Notes: generated by a model from the sequence alone, not told the origin. A DNA stretch of 64,000 nt from Dicyema japonicum (GCA_011109175.1 RDEW01000014.1:558001-622000); one strand, 5' to 3'; numbered from the stretch's first letter, positions 1 to 12,130 are shown. A program made the numbers and translations.

Positions 1-671
1 TATTCGCATAAAATATATTTGTCGAACATTGACGCAAACCTGAAATTATAATTGGGAAATTTCTTGAGTGGTCGACGAGGACGAGTACACTATGACAATT
101 GATGTTCCGTATCGAGAATATTAGCAATTGGCGTTCCACATGGCCCCCCATTATCTCCCCTATTGTTAAACGTTAGGATGGATGACTTGCCACTCTCTCA
201 GGGGGACGCTGACTTATTATTAACGTATGCTGATGATATAGTTATTGCCTCGAGGGATGTGAGTATTGTGGATTCAACGAGAAGAATACAGGACAATATG
301 AATAAATTAAGTTCATGGCTTTGGAAAAATCAATTGACTGATAGCCCGGAGAAGTCGGTGTCGACCATATTCACGACAAACAGAAAACTATGGAAAGTAT
401 CAATTGACGTCACACTGGATGGAAAGATTATCCCGCAAAACAAATACCAGAAAATCCTGGGAGTCACCTTGGACACCTTCTTAATCATTACAAAACATGT
501 CGAAAATATGTTATTGACTTGTACGAGGAAAATCAACTTCTTGAAGGCGTTCTTGTGAAACCTAAGAACATGAAAGATCTGAGTGACTGGTAGTCATATG
601 CAAACAGTTTATCGAGGCGACAATAGGATACGCATGTAATATCTGGGGATCTTACTTTTCTACAATGAATT
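1..671 (+). mobile_element. APE-type non-LTR retroelement (family A), RT fragment, copy 1
   Basis: GVPHGPPLSP, LTYADDIVI and KILGVTLD RT motifs (ORF 163-558); near-identical to 3091-3878 and 9686-10472. Confidence 0.85.
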
Positions 672-808
672 TGAAAATATAAGTTTAATTATGTAAAAAT
701 TAGAAAAAAGTTGATTTGTTAAAAAATATAGATTATATATATATTTTTTTAATAAAAACATTACGATAAAAGATAGTTCTACAACATAACAAAAATTAAC
801 ATGTTCAA

Positions 809-987
809 CGTTATTTAACTAACAATAAAAAAGTTAATATATTTAGTAATCAACAACCTTCCTCGCCACACTGTTCGCCAGACTCCTCAGGCAGATTCGA
901 TTCTGGTTCCTGAAACAACTCCGAGAGCGCTTTGTCCAATTGAACCCTCTGCCCATATGTCATCTCAGGGCTCTGCCTCCTATACTC
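809..987 (-). mobile_element. 5'-truncated R4-like retroelement 3' end with 11-bp TSD
   Basis: Matches 31315-31490; flanked by AACATGTTCAA at 798-808 and 988-998. Confidence 0.85.
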
Positions 988-1552
988 AACATGTTCAATA
1001 TTTATAAAATTAATTTAATGTAAATCAAAAAAAATATATATATTATTTTAGTTATTTATTCGAATCGCTATAAATCACTTTCGATTAGCATGATAACCTA
1101 ACTGATGACTTATACTGATTCTCATTCTTCTATTCAGCGTTTCATTACGTTTTACATTCAATTGGATGTCATTAAATAACCAACATTTTAAAAATACCAA
1201 ACAATTAACATTAACGTCATCACAGTCTTCCATTTAATAATATATTAAAATCTACTTGTTAAAAATAATATATTAAGATTAAATCTATTTTAAATATCTT
1301 CTCATATATTAATGTCTGTTGATTTAATTTCAAACTTTATTTATGAATACATATAAAGTTGTAGTAATCGATATAATATAAAGTTTTTAGTGCTAATTAG
1401 TGGCATCTGTCCGACATAACGATACTCATTAGTTTAATTTTAAATTAGTGTAAATTAAAAAGTGTCACAAAATAATTAATTATTATTTAGTAGTAATAAC
1501 TCTCGAATATTACAGACTATATTTTAATTTTTTTTGAATGAACTAGAAATAT

Positions 1553-1980
1553 TTAAAAATAAAACTTTTTTTGATGCGAACGATCATTGAAAATCTGATT
1601 ATACATTTGTTTGTAAGATTCTGTATCGGAATCAGAATCTTGTATGAGTTGGTTATTTTCCCAAGTTTCATTAAAATAAAGCCATTTCTCGTTTTCGCAT
1701 CTTTCAAATTTGTCTCTTTTAATTCTTTTAGTGTTATAGAATTCTTTATACCTTTTAGATTTTGGATATAAACTAAATATATTTAAATATTAAACTGATT
1801 ATATTTATCTATAAAAGAAGAAGATCTTTTCATCGGTTGATATTCTTCCTCATCAGATTCAAACAAATTCACTAAATTTCAGATTTTACTATGAACCATT
1901 CCATAAATCCATTATCGTAGTAATCTGATTTTTATTATATAAATACTCAATGTTATTTTGAGAAAATAAAATTACAATCA
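1553..1980 (-). CDS. Orphan gene A of cassette 1 (spliced; paralog of gene B; 5' end uncertain)
   Basis: GT-AG introns 1872-1896 (25 nt) and 1773-1795 (23 nt) join an open frame MDLWNVNLFESDEEE...SKRYKE...FNETWENNQLIQDSDSDTESYKQMYNQIFND...KFYF*. Confidence 0.7.
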
Positions 1981-2451
1981 AACATCAGAAAAACATAACT
2001 TTATGTGACTACTTTCTTATTTATTTCATTTTTGTGAATGTATTAATTAGAAATTTTGATTTAAGATAAATTTCAATATAAAAAGTAATATTATTACTAA
2101 AACTTTATGTTTACAATGTTAAATAAAAACTTAACAGCATATTTGATATAATTTATATTTTAATATTTGAATATTCATTTTTGACAATAATATTAAATAA
2201 TTCAACATGCTATTTTAAAGTAATTTTTAAATTATCTTTATTGTTTCGCGATATTTTAAATTTTGACGTAAAATATTGTGATTACTCATAAATTTTTATT
2301 TCGTATATAGAAGAAATTGGCATTATTAATAAATTTTAAATTATAAGAGATTTAATAATAAATTGTAAATTCTAAGAGATTAATAAAGATTTAATAGAAA
2401 AAAGAATTTTTGTTATTATATAGACTATCAAATATAGTGATAAAATTATTA

Positions 2452-2910
2452 GCTAATAATTTTATTTTATCGCAATAATACCGAAAATTATATAATGGAT
2501 TTAGATCGCCGATTGTTAGTAGAAATGGACTTGTGGAATGGTTTCTAGTATAATATTAATTATAGTTAATTTGTTTGTAACTGACGATGAGCAAAATGAC
2601 AGCAATAAACGAAATAAACCGACATGCGACATGGAGAGCCAGATGAAGTGAAAAATTTAAATATATTTGTAGTTTCGATGCAACTTCCAAAAGAGCACGA
2701 CAAGAATCAAACACTCAGTTCTACGAAACAAGAAAAGATGATAGTGAAAGTCAAAAATCGAAACCGATGACGTTCAAGGAAATATGGAACTATGACCGAC
2801 TCAAACAAGAAGATTCAGAATGGGGGAGAGAATCTGGCAAACAATTGTTTGACCATATCTACAATGATATGATGGCTTGGTCGCAAAAATATGATGAAGA
2901 AAAGTTGTAG
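2452..2910 (+). CDS. Orphan gene B of cassette 1 (spliced; one 1-nt indel near 2840; 5' end uncertain)
   Basis: GT-AG introns 2541-2565 and 2648-2672 (25 nt each) give MDLWNVNLFVTDDEQ...SKRARQE...FKEIWNYDRLKQEDSEW...ES.K.MFDHIYND...DEEKL*; intron positions match gene A. Confidence 0.72.
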
Positions 2911-3090
2911 TTTTTAATATTTCCAGCTCTAACAAAAAGCGAAATAAAAAAATAAATAATCATCTTTAATCATCGATAATTATCACTAATGATAAATAAT
3001 TTCCAAATTCGCTACTATAATTAATTAATTTACACTAATTTAAATCAAAAGAAATGCGGCATCGTTCTGTCGGGCAGATGACACTTAATG

Positions 3091-3878
3091 GGACTACAAT
3101 GACAATATCAGTGTTCACTTCAACTCTACCTTATTCAAGGACGGAAAAATACGATTGTATGCTCAATTGATATCCAGAAGGCTTTTAACTCGGTTTCGAG
3201 TAAGATTATCACGCACAAAATATATTCGTCGAACATTGACGCAAACCTGAAATTATAATTGGGAAATTTCTTGAGTGGTCGACGAGGACGAGTACACTAT
3301 GACAATTGATGTTCCGTATCGAGAATATTAGCAATTGGCGTTCCACATGGCCCCCCATTATCTCCCCTATTGTTAAACGTTAGGATGGATGACTTGCCAC
3401 TCTCTCAGGGGGACGCTGACTTATTATTAACGTATGCTGATGATATAGTTATTGCCTCGAGGGATGTGAGTATTGTGGATTCAACGAGAAGAATACAGGA
3501 CAATATGAATAAATTAAGTTCATGGCTTTGGAAAAATCAATTGACTGATAGCCCGGAGAAGTCGGTGTCGACCATATTCACGACAAACAGAAAACTCTGG
3601 AAAGTATCAATTGACGTCACACTGGATGGAAAGATTATCCCGCAAAACAAATACCAGAAAATCCTGGGAGTCACCTTGGACACCTTCTTAATCATTACAA
3701 AACATGTCGAAAATATGTTATTGACTTGTACGAGGAAAATCAACTTCTTGAAGGCGTTCTTGTGAAACCTAAGAACATGAAAGATCTGAGTGACTGGTAG
3801 TCATATGCAAACAGTTTATCGAGGCGACAATAGGATACGCATGTAATATCTGGGGATCTTACTTTTCTACAATGAATT
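3091..3878 (+). mobile_element. APE-type non-LTR RT fragment, copy 2
   Basis: SIDIQKAFNS, YADD and KILGVTLD motifs; ORF 3370-3765 encodes the same protein as 163-558. Confidence 0.85.
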
Positions 3879-3942
3879 TGAAAATATAAGTTTAATTATG
3901 TAAAAATTAGAAAAAAGTTGATTTGTTAAAAAATATAGATTA

Positions 3943-6900
3943 GTATCTCCGCTTCCTTCCTATTTTCTGGATCATCCAACTCTTTATCAGTGTCGCGTCG
4001 CCTCTTTCCCAAATTGCATCCAGTAAGAGGATTCTTCATCATTTCCCAATTATTGTTAATCGCCATCGTTATTTGTTCAAACCCGTGTTTATATTCTACA
4101 AGCATGCTCTCTAAAGTCTTCTTCAGCGCAATCGTTTGGATGTACGCTCGGGTGATAATCGTAATTCCAATGATGTCCATGTATGATTTGAAATACCTGG
4201 AGACAATTCCATCCCAGGTAAGAACAATTGGGAGTATCTTTATTTTGGCTTTGTAAATGATCTCTAGTTAACTCGCAAGAATGTCGTATTTATGTAGTTT
4301 TTCAACTTCGACAGCCTTGAGATTGTCCATTGCTGTTACTCCATTTTCAATTAGCCATATTTGGTTCATTTTCTTATCGTACAAGAAAATGTCAGGCTTG
4401 TTATATTGGACTTTGGACTCCGTTGGAATGGTCGTATCAACTCGGATCTCGGCATGCTGATTTGTGATGATGCTTTGAATAGAATGTGACTTCAATTTTT
4501 TGGATTTTTTAAATCCAAATTTTCTAGATAAATGCATGTGAATGCATTTAACTATTTCATTGTGTCGTCTTGTATAGTCTGAGTTTAGCATTGTTACACC
4601 TCGTAGCCAAATGATCGACAGTTTTTTCGAGGAATTACAATGTGGACATTTTAGACCAAGATCCCGGAAAAAGATATTCCTATCTTGCAAAAGAAAGAAC
4701 ATCGCTTCAGACTTGGGAGAAATATTTCCATTTGTGATCCATGTAGACGATGATTTATGTCAAATGTATCATCTCAAGTGATTCAAATAATATTGAATGT
4801 AGGCTTTTCTTTTTGATGATAGACAGGAGAGAGTTAATCTGTGAACTCTTTAGATTCTCCACAATGTCTATGGTTGGGCCCATTTGGTATTTTACCCGCA
4901 GGAATTCTGTGATTGTGGCCATATGTGTTTTTCTTAGCTGTTCGGCCCACAGAATTCCAGCTTTTCTCAGAGAAATCTTTTTCCGCCTTTCAAGGCTTGT
5001 TTTAAACTCAAGTAGCATTTTTTCTGACTTAAAAGTAACTGATATCAGCCCTCTTCCCAGCGTACTCCTTGGTAAGTTTAATCTTTCCTTGGAAGCCGGT
5101 TTCATGTGAATACCCAAACGCATAAGTAATTTTCTGACTAATCTATCAAATTCCTCGTATTCACCGGGTTCCATCTCGAGAAGACCAATATAATAATAAA
5201 AAAGGGATAGAGCATGTTCATTTATGGCTTTAAACAAATTGACCGAATTCAATTTCGTTTTTGACAGTTTTTCAATACGATCTTGCACCTCCTCTTTGAT
5301 ATTTTTAAGTACAACTTCTTTAACTACTTTGCTGGAATTGTCTTCTAACACCCCCAAATAGCGATAACTATCCACTCCATCCATTAGTTTAGCATCATTC
5401 GATAGTAAATAACTATTTGTTGCGGACTTTTCAAAATTCTTTTCTAAGCCGGACAATTTAAAGTAAGCATTCACATCTTTCATCATGCATGCCAGTGTCC
5501 CTTCCTCTTTTGCCAAAAGTTTCAAATCATCGATGAATAAGAAATGATTCGCAGAAAAAGTAAAAGAATTAGATTCAGCAGTATTGATAGACATGCTCGG
5601 ATATTTTGCAGACAACATTCTGCTTAGTGGATCCAAAACAAATACAAATAATTGAGGTGATAGAGAGTCACCTTGGAGTATTCCACGTTCAATATTAATC
5701 GTTCCCAATATCTTTTTCCCCAATCTTAATGACACACGCCAGTTTGGAATTATTGATATTACAAACTTGGTTATCCATTCTGGTAGTCCCGGGTTTTCCA
5801 GGATTTTAACAAGATACTCGTGACTCACTGAATCAAACGCTTTTCTAACATCAATCCATGCACAGAATAGTTTGTTTTCATGGGCTTTGTTAACACATCT
5901 GTTTAAAAGTGCCAATTCCTTTGCTCCTTGACAGTGTCGTTTTGTCCCAAGCTGATACTCAGTAATTAAATCATAAGTTTCAGCATATTGTTCAATTTTT
6001 TCGTTTACACACTTCGTAACCAGCTTGTATAAGCACGGCATACATGTAATCGGTCTAAGATCCTTAGGGTCAACAGAGTTCTTCTTCTTTGGGATTAGGT
6101 ATGTAATCCCCGTATAAAACCATCTTTTCGGTTGACTTTTCCCACTAATGATATCTCTGATCTCTTTAAATAAATATTGATGAAGAGAATCCAACTTCTT
6201 GATAAAGAAGTTATATACGCAATCAACTCCGGGGGCCTTCCAATTTGGGAGGTACTCAATTAAATTTGATATAAAATTATCGTTTATATCAGATTCTTGC
6301 TGTTCAACTCCCGTTATTCTCTTGTTCATTCCAAAACTCAAAACATTTTTATCTCTTTTTTCCCAAACCTCTGTCCAAAATTTAAAGCATTCGGATGTGT
6401 CAAAGCCATCAATGCACTCAATGTCAGAATCTGACTTTAGTTTTCTATAGAATGACCTTCTGTTCAACTCAAAATTTCGATTATCAGTTCCATATTGTCG
6501 CTTCGAGTCTGCAATCGACAACTTTTTGTTTAAAATTCTAATTTGGTCATTTATTGCGGTTTATATCCTTTCAAATTCACCCCTTTTGCATTTTTTTAAT
6601 TGTAGGAACACTGAATGTCGACTGCTTTTTTCTTTTCCTCGCCTGTAATAGTAGACATAAAGAAATTTGATATTACTAGATTATTTTCAGCTAAAATTTC
6701 AATCTTCTATTGTATTCTTTGCCTCCAGTTCGATTTGAAAGGTTCCTTCATTGTGATTTGTTGATATACACACTGAGCAGAGTATATCAAACATTAAATG
6801 TCTTCAATACTAGAAGGTATGTTATTCGATGTATATTCGATAAAAGATTTATTTAGCATTTCAATTAAATTGTCATTTACAAACTGGAAAGGAATCTTCC

Positions 6901-7343
6901 TTGTTTGACGCCTTTCATCTATTTTCTTTGAACTATTTGCATCAATCTGACTCAATAATTCTTCAAAGGTTTTATTGTATAATGCCAACTCAGGTGCCTT
7001 ATCCATTTTAATTCCAATTTTAGGTATTGTACTATATTCTGATGACAGGAGACAAGTCTCTTCAACTCATAAACGGATTTCTTTTTTCCAAATTTAGAAT
7101 TAAAATAATTGGCTATGAATGGCCACCCTCCTCTAGGTACTCGTTTGAGGCGGTCTTTGACACAAGTTAAAAGAGATGAGATCCATTCTCCGGGATTAGA
7201 AGAGTCAATAGAGTCGCAGATTGCATTCAGAGAACACAAAGTTGAGATGGTTTGTTGAGGACCGTTACTGTAATTGACTTGGGCATTAAAATGACCATGA
7301 ACAGGCAAATCCACACTTTCTCGAACACCATTTATTAATAAAA
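3943..7343 (-). mobile_element. Near-complete R4/Dong-like non-LTR retrotransposon (RT, CCHC finger, restriction-like endonuclease), 8-bp TSD
   Basis: 588-aa RT ORF (WKAPGVD, LRPITC, WIDVRKAFDSV, GILQGDSLSP, LFIDD), CPHC..DHLATRC, RRHNEIV, NKPDI, KYDILA. ATAGATTA at 3935-3942 and 7344-7351; the empty site is present in unit 1. Confidence 0.92.
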
Positions 7344-7422
7344 ATAGATTATATATATTTTTTTTATAAAAACATTACGATAAAAGATAGTTCTACAATA
7401 TATCAAAAATTAACATGTTCAA

Positions 7423-7600
7423 CTTTATTTAACAAACAATAAAAAGTTAATATATTTAGTAATCAACAACCTTTTTCGCCCCACTGTTCGCCAGCCTCCT
7501 CAGGCAGGTTCGATTCTGGTTCCTGAAACAACTCCGAGAGCGCTTTGTCCAATTGAACCCTCTGCCCATATGTCATCTCAGGGCTCTGCCTCCTGTACTC
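7423..7600 (-). mobile_element. 5'-truncated R4-like 3' end, duplicated copy
   Basis: Copy of 809-987 with the same TSD at 7412-7422 and 7601-7611. Confidence 0.85.
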
Positions 7601-8153
7601 AACATGTTCAATATTTATAAAATTAATTTAATGTAAATTAAAAAAATATATATATATTATTTTAGTTATTTATTCGAATCGCTATAAATCACTTTCGATT
7701 AGCATGATAACCTAACTGATGACTTATACTGATTCTCATTCTTCTATTCAGCGTTTCATTACGTTTTACATTCAATTGGATGTCATTAAATAACCAACAT
7801 TTTAAAATACCAAACAATTAACATTAACGTCATCACAGTCTTCCATTTAATAATATATTAAAATCTACTTATTAAAAATAATGTATTAAGATTAAATCTA
7901 TTTTAAATATCTTCTCATATATTAATGTCTGTTGATTTAATTTCAAACTTTATTTATGAATACATATAAAGTTGTAATAATAGATATAATATAAAGTTTT
8001 TAGTGCTAATTAGTGGCATCTGTCCAACATAACGATACTCATTAGTTTAATTTTAAATTAGTGTAAATTAAAAAGTGTCACAAAATAATTAATTATTATT
8101 TAGTAGTAATAACTATCGAATATTACAGACTATATTTTAATTTTTTGAATTAA

Positions 8154-8580
8154 CTAGAAATATTTAAAAATAAAACTTTTTTGATGCGAACGATCATTGA
8201 AAATCTGATTATACATTTGTTTGTAAGATTCTGTATCGGAATCAGAATTTGTTGATTGGTTATTTTCCCAAGTTTCATTAAAATAAAGCCATTTCTCGTT
8301 TCGCATCTTTCAAATTTCTCTTTTAATTCTTTTAGTGTTATAGAATTCTTTATACCTTTTAGATTTTGGATATAAACTAAATATATTTAAATATTAAACT
8401 GATTATATTTATCTATAAAAGAAGATCTTTTCATCGGTTGATATTCTTCCTCATTAGATTCAAACAAATTCACTAAATTTCAGATTTTACTATGAACCAT
8501 TCCATAAATCCATTATGCGTAGTAATCTGATTTTTATTATATAAATACTCAATGTTATTTTGAGAAAATATAATTACAAT
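8154..8580 (-). CDS. Orphan gene A, copy 2
   Basis: Collinear with 1553-1980 with the same introns; several small indels, mostly compensating in frame. Confidence 0.55.
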
Positions 8581-9049
8581 CAAACATCAGAAAAACTAAC
8601 TTATGTGACTACTTTCTTATTTATTTCATTTTGTGAATGTATTAATTAGAAATTTTGATTTAAGATAAATTTCAATATAAAAAGTAATATTATTACTAAA
8701 TTTTATGTTTACAATGTTAAATAAAAACTTAACAGCATATTTGATATAATTGGATATTTTAATATTTGAATATTCATTTTTGACAATAATATTAAATAAT
8801 TCAACATGCTATTTTAAAGTAATTTTTAAATTATCTTTATTGTTTCGCGATATTTTAAATTTTGACGTAAAATATTGTGATTACTCATAAATTTTTATTT
8901 CGTATATAGAAGAAATTGCATTATAATAAATTTTAAATTATAAGAGATTTAAATAATAATTGTAAATTCTAAGAGATTAATAAAGATTTAATAGAAAAAA
9001 AGAATTTTTGTTATTATATAGACTATCAAATATAGTGATAAAATTATTA

Positions 9050-9506
9050 GCTAATAATTTTATTAATCGCAATAATATCGAAAATTATATAATGGATTTA
9101 GATCGCCGATTGTTAGTAGAAATGGACTTGTGGAATGGTTTCTAGTATAATATTAATTAAGTTAATTTGTTTGTAGCTGACGATGAGCAAGATGACAGCA
9201 ATAAACGAAATAAACCGACAAGCGACATGGACAGCCAGATGAAGTGACATATTTAAATATATTTGTAGATTAGATGCAACTTCCAAAAGAGCACGACAGG
9301 AATCTAACACTAAGTTTTCCGAAACAAGAAAAGATGATAGTGATAGTCAAAAATCGAAACCAATGACCTTCAAGGAAATATGGAACTATGACAGACTCAA
9401 ACAAGAAGATTCAGAATGGGAGAGAGAATCTGGCAAAAAAATGTTTGACCATATCTACAATAATATTATGGCTTGGTCGCAAAAATGGGATGAAGAAAAG
9501 TTGTAG
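9050..9506 (+). CDS. Orphan gene B, copy 2 (open from ATG 9092 to TAG 9504-9506 after splicing)
   Basis: Introns 9138-9161 (24 nt) and a 25-nt GTGACA...GTAG; ends ESGKKMFDHIYNNIMAWSQKWDEEKL*. Confidence 0.75.
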
Positions 9507-9685
9507 TTTTTAATATTTTCAGCTCTTCCAAAAAGCGAAATAAAAAAAATAAATAATCATCTTTAACCATCGATAATTATCACTAATGATAATAATTTCC
9601 AAATTTGTTACTATAATTAATTAATTTACACTAATTTAAATCAAAAGAAATGCGGCATCGTTATTAGGGCAGATGACACTTAATG

Positions 9686-10620
9686 GGACTACAATGACAA
9701 TATCAGTGTTCACTTCAACTCTACCTTATTCAAGGACGGAAAAATACGACTGTATGCTCAATTGATATCCAGAAGGCTTTTAACTCGGTTCGAGTAAGAT
9801 TATCACGCACAAAATATATTCGTCGAACATTGACGCAAACCTGAAATATAATTGGGAAATTTCTTGAGTGGTCGACGAGGACGAGTACACTATGACAATT
9901 GATGTTCCGTATCGAGAATATTAGCAATTGGCGTTCCACATGGCCCCCCATTATCTCCCCTATTGTTAAACGTTAGGATGGATGACTTGCCACTCTCTCA
10001 GGGGGACGCTGACTTATTATTAACGTATGCTGATGATATAGTTATTGCCTCGAGGGATGTGAGTATTGTGGATTCAACGAGAAGAATACAGGACAATATG
10101 AATAAATTAAGTTCATGGCTTTGGAAAAATCAATTGACTGATAGCCCGGAGAAGTCGGTGTCGACCATATTCACGACAAACAGAAGACTATGGAAAGTAT
10201 CAATTGACGTCACACTGGATGGAAGATTATCCCGCAAAACAAATACAGAAAATCCTGGGAGTCACCTTGGACACCTTCTTAATCATTACAAAACATGTCG
10301 AAAATATGTTATTGACTTGTACGAGGAAAATCAACTTCTTGAAGGCGTTCTTGTGAAACCTAAGAAACATGAAAAGATCTGAGTGACTGGTAGTCATATG
10401 CAAACAGTTTATCGAGGCGACAATAGGATACGCATGTTAATATCAGGGGATCTTACCTTTCTACAATGAATTGGACAGATCTGCAAAATTCAAGTGAAGG
10501 AAGCAAACCTTCTAAGGAAATCTTCATCGTGTGGAAATCCTCCAAGAAACCTTGAAAAATATGATAGAGGCAATTGAACACTACCTGTGAAGGACTCTTT
10601 ATGTGGACCCGCCCATATCG
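9686..10620 (+). mobile_element. APE-type non-LTR RT fragment, copy 3 (continues past the repeat breakpoint)
   Basis: Same RT sequence; after 10472 it continues with LINE-like sequence instead of the repeat spacer. Confidence 0.8.
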
Positions 10621-10739
10621 GAAAATGTCTTAACCAAATAACTACAAAAAAAACCGTCTTAACCAATAACTAGTAATTCACTCGATTATTTGTCCGTCTT
10701 AATATTTTATATGACAATGATCTCCTCAAAGACCATCGC

Positions 10740-10825
10740 CCCCTGATCAGAAAAATCGCTCCTTGACAAAAAAATCGCTCCCTTGAAAAAAAATCGGGCG
10801 ATTCGCCCCTCGCTGAGAACCATTG
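10740..10825 (-). mobile_element. hAT (Charlie/Buster-type) terminus
   Basis: Reverse complement begins CAATGGTTCTCAGCG; 8-bp flank GTTTAAAC with central TA; subterminal AAAAATCGCTCC repeats. No partner end found. Confidence 0.55.
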
Positions 10826-10960
10826 GTTTAAACAATAATAAAAATTTTTTCTAAATTGAGAGTAATGTGGAATGATATTTTTCAATTAGCTGCATACTTA
10901 TCGAGAAATATTTTTTTTAATTATTAATTAAAAAAACTTAATAAATCTAGATTCCAGATA

Positions 10961-12130
10961 CAGTAAATTCTCTCGAATCCGCCAATTTCGGGGATCGGCA
11001 AAAATCTGACGGATTCGAGAGACTTTTGATTTTTTATCCATTAATAATGTAAATCAAAAAAATTATTTATAAGAAAAAAATCAGTAAGTTTTGATTAGCA
11101 TCTTTTTATAGTACGGATCATTGAAGATCCAAGCTTTCAATAGACTCAAGATTTTCGACATTAAAGAATTCTTCTTGATTATAGAATTCTTTTAATTTAT
11201 TTAAAGGCTAGGAAAGCCTCGCTAATAGCTATACCTTTCAGACTTTCTTCAAGGGGTTCTTCACTATCAATTTCTTGTTCTGATTCTCCAAATCATTCAA
11301 ATCAAGTTCTTCATTTTCATTGTAGTCAATTTCGATATTAAGTCTCTCTTCCAAAGGATCATATATGTTCATTTTGTCTAGATTATATTCGTAATTTTTA
11401 ATAACAAGGTTTTCATAATTTATATTTTCAATGTTTTGAATCCATTTTGCGTGCATTTTAATATTAAAGAACTATCTATCTAGTTCCAAGCATTGACTGA
11501 AACTCTGTTTCAATACTTTATAACCTGATTTAAGGTTACTACAAACACTCTTGGAGATATCATTTTGTAAAATAAACCAGTTTAGTCCGCATTATAAACA
11601 TTTTGAGCTCCTTGGAGATTCATTTTATTTTGATTAATTTAATAAAATCTGATACCACATTAGGGTCAAAATTTAAAGTTGCAGATTCTCCATGCATATT
11701 TTGTAACTTCAAACCTTTCCTCTTTTTAAATTTAACAAGCTCCCTTTGGTTCCTTTGAAATCAGTGATCCCTCGTTTCGATGCAAATGTTTTGACTTTCT
11801 CAGTAATAATTTAATCGTTCAAATGGCTCTTTTAACATCCATTGAATTAACCAAAGAAATCGTATCATAATCGATTTCACTAAACTTTAAATATTCTTTG
11901 CGAAAAATTTCAGATCGTAAGTTATTCAACATATTTTCAGATCCTCATTTACTTCTCAGATCATCAATAGATCTAAGAGAAATAGGTGCATTATATTTTT
12001 TGGAAAAAATTTCTGAAATTTTCATCGAAAGTAATTCAATATTCGATTCAATAAACTTTAAAATGGCAATTTTTTGTTTGTTTTTTAATCGTGTATAGCT
12101 ACGTTTCATGAAAACAACAATAAACAATGA
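10961..12130 (-). mobile_element. pogo/Tigger DNA transposon remnant
   Basis: CENP-B-type HTH (EKVKTFASKRGITDFKGTKG..KFKKRKGLKLQNMHGESA), NVYNAD*TGLFYK, terminal KLTDFF, and a TA + CAGTAAATTCTCTCGAATCC terminus at 10959-10980. Confidence 0.85.

Larger units (their letters stand above)
1401..3083. mobile_element. Inverted-repeat-bounded cassette (about 60-bp imperfect TIRs, TG...CA ends), copy 1
   Basis: Left TGGCATCTGTCCGACATAACGAT...TTTAAATTAGTGTAAATTAA versus reverse complement of the right end TGTCATCTGCCCGACAGAACGAT...TTTAAATTAGTGTAAATTAA. No clean TSD and no transposase, so mobility is inferred only. Confidence 0.55.
672..3878. repeat. Tandem repeat unit 1 (3207 bp)
   Basis: The sequence after the TACAATGAATT junction (ends at 671) recurs after 3878; the RT ORFs at 163 and 3370 are exactly 3207 bp apart. 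Confidence 0.9.
8014..9678. mobile_element. Inverted-repeat-bounded two-gene cassette, copy 2
   Basis: Same TIRs and layout as 1401-3083. Confidence 0.55.
3879..10472. repeat. Tandem repeat unit 2, interrupted by a 3.4-kb retroelement
   Basis: Collinear with unit 1 once 3943-7351 is removed (about 3185 bp left). Confidence 0.88.

Noticed and set aside
2548-2565. 18-nt introns or non-canonical splice sites in the cassette genes
   Set aside because: An upstream GT gives canonical 25-nt introns in both paralogs and restores the frame.
4750-6450. Plus-strand ORFs 4750-5109 and 6199-6450, and similar short ORFs elsewhere
   Set aside because: Antisense shadows of retroelement or host coding sequence.
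163-10382. Repeated RT plus near-identical repeats read as a DGR, retron or other prokaryotic RT system
   Set aside because: The RT fragments are eukaryotic LINE-type and truncated, differences between copies are not adenine-specific, and the context is intron-containing eukaryotic DNA.
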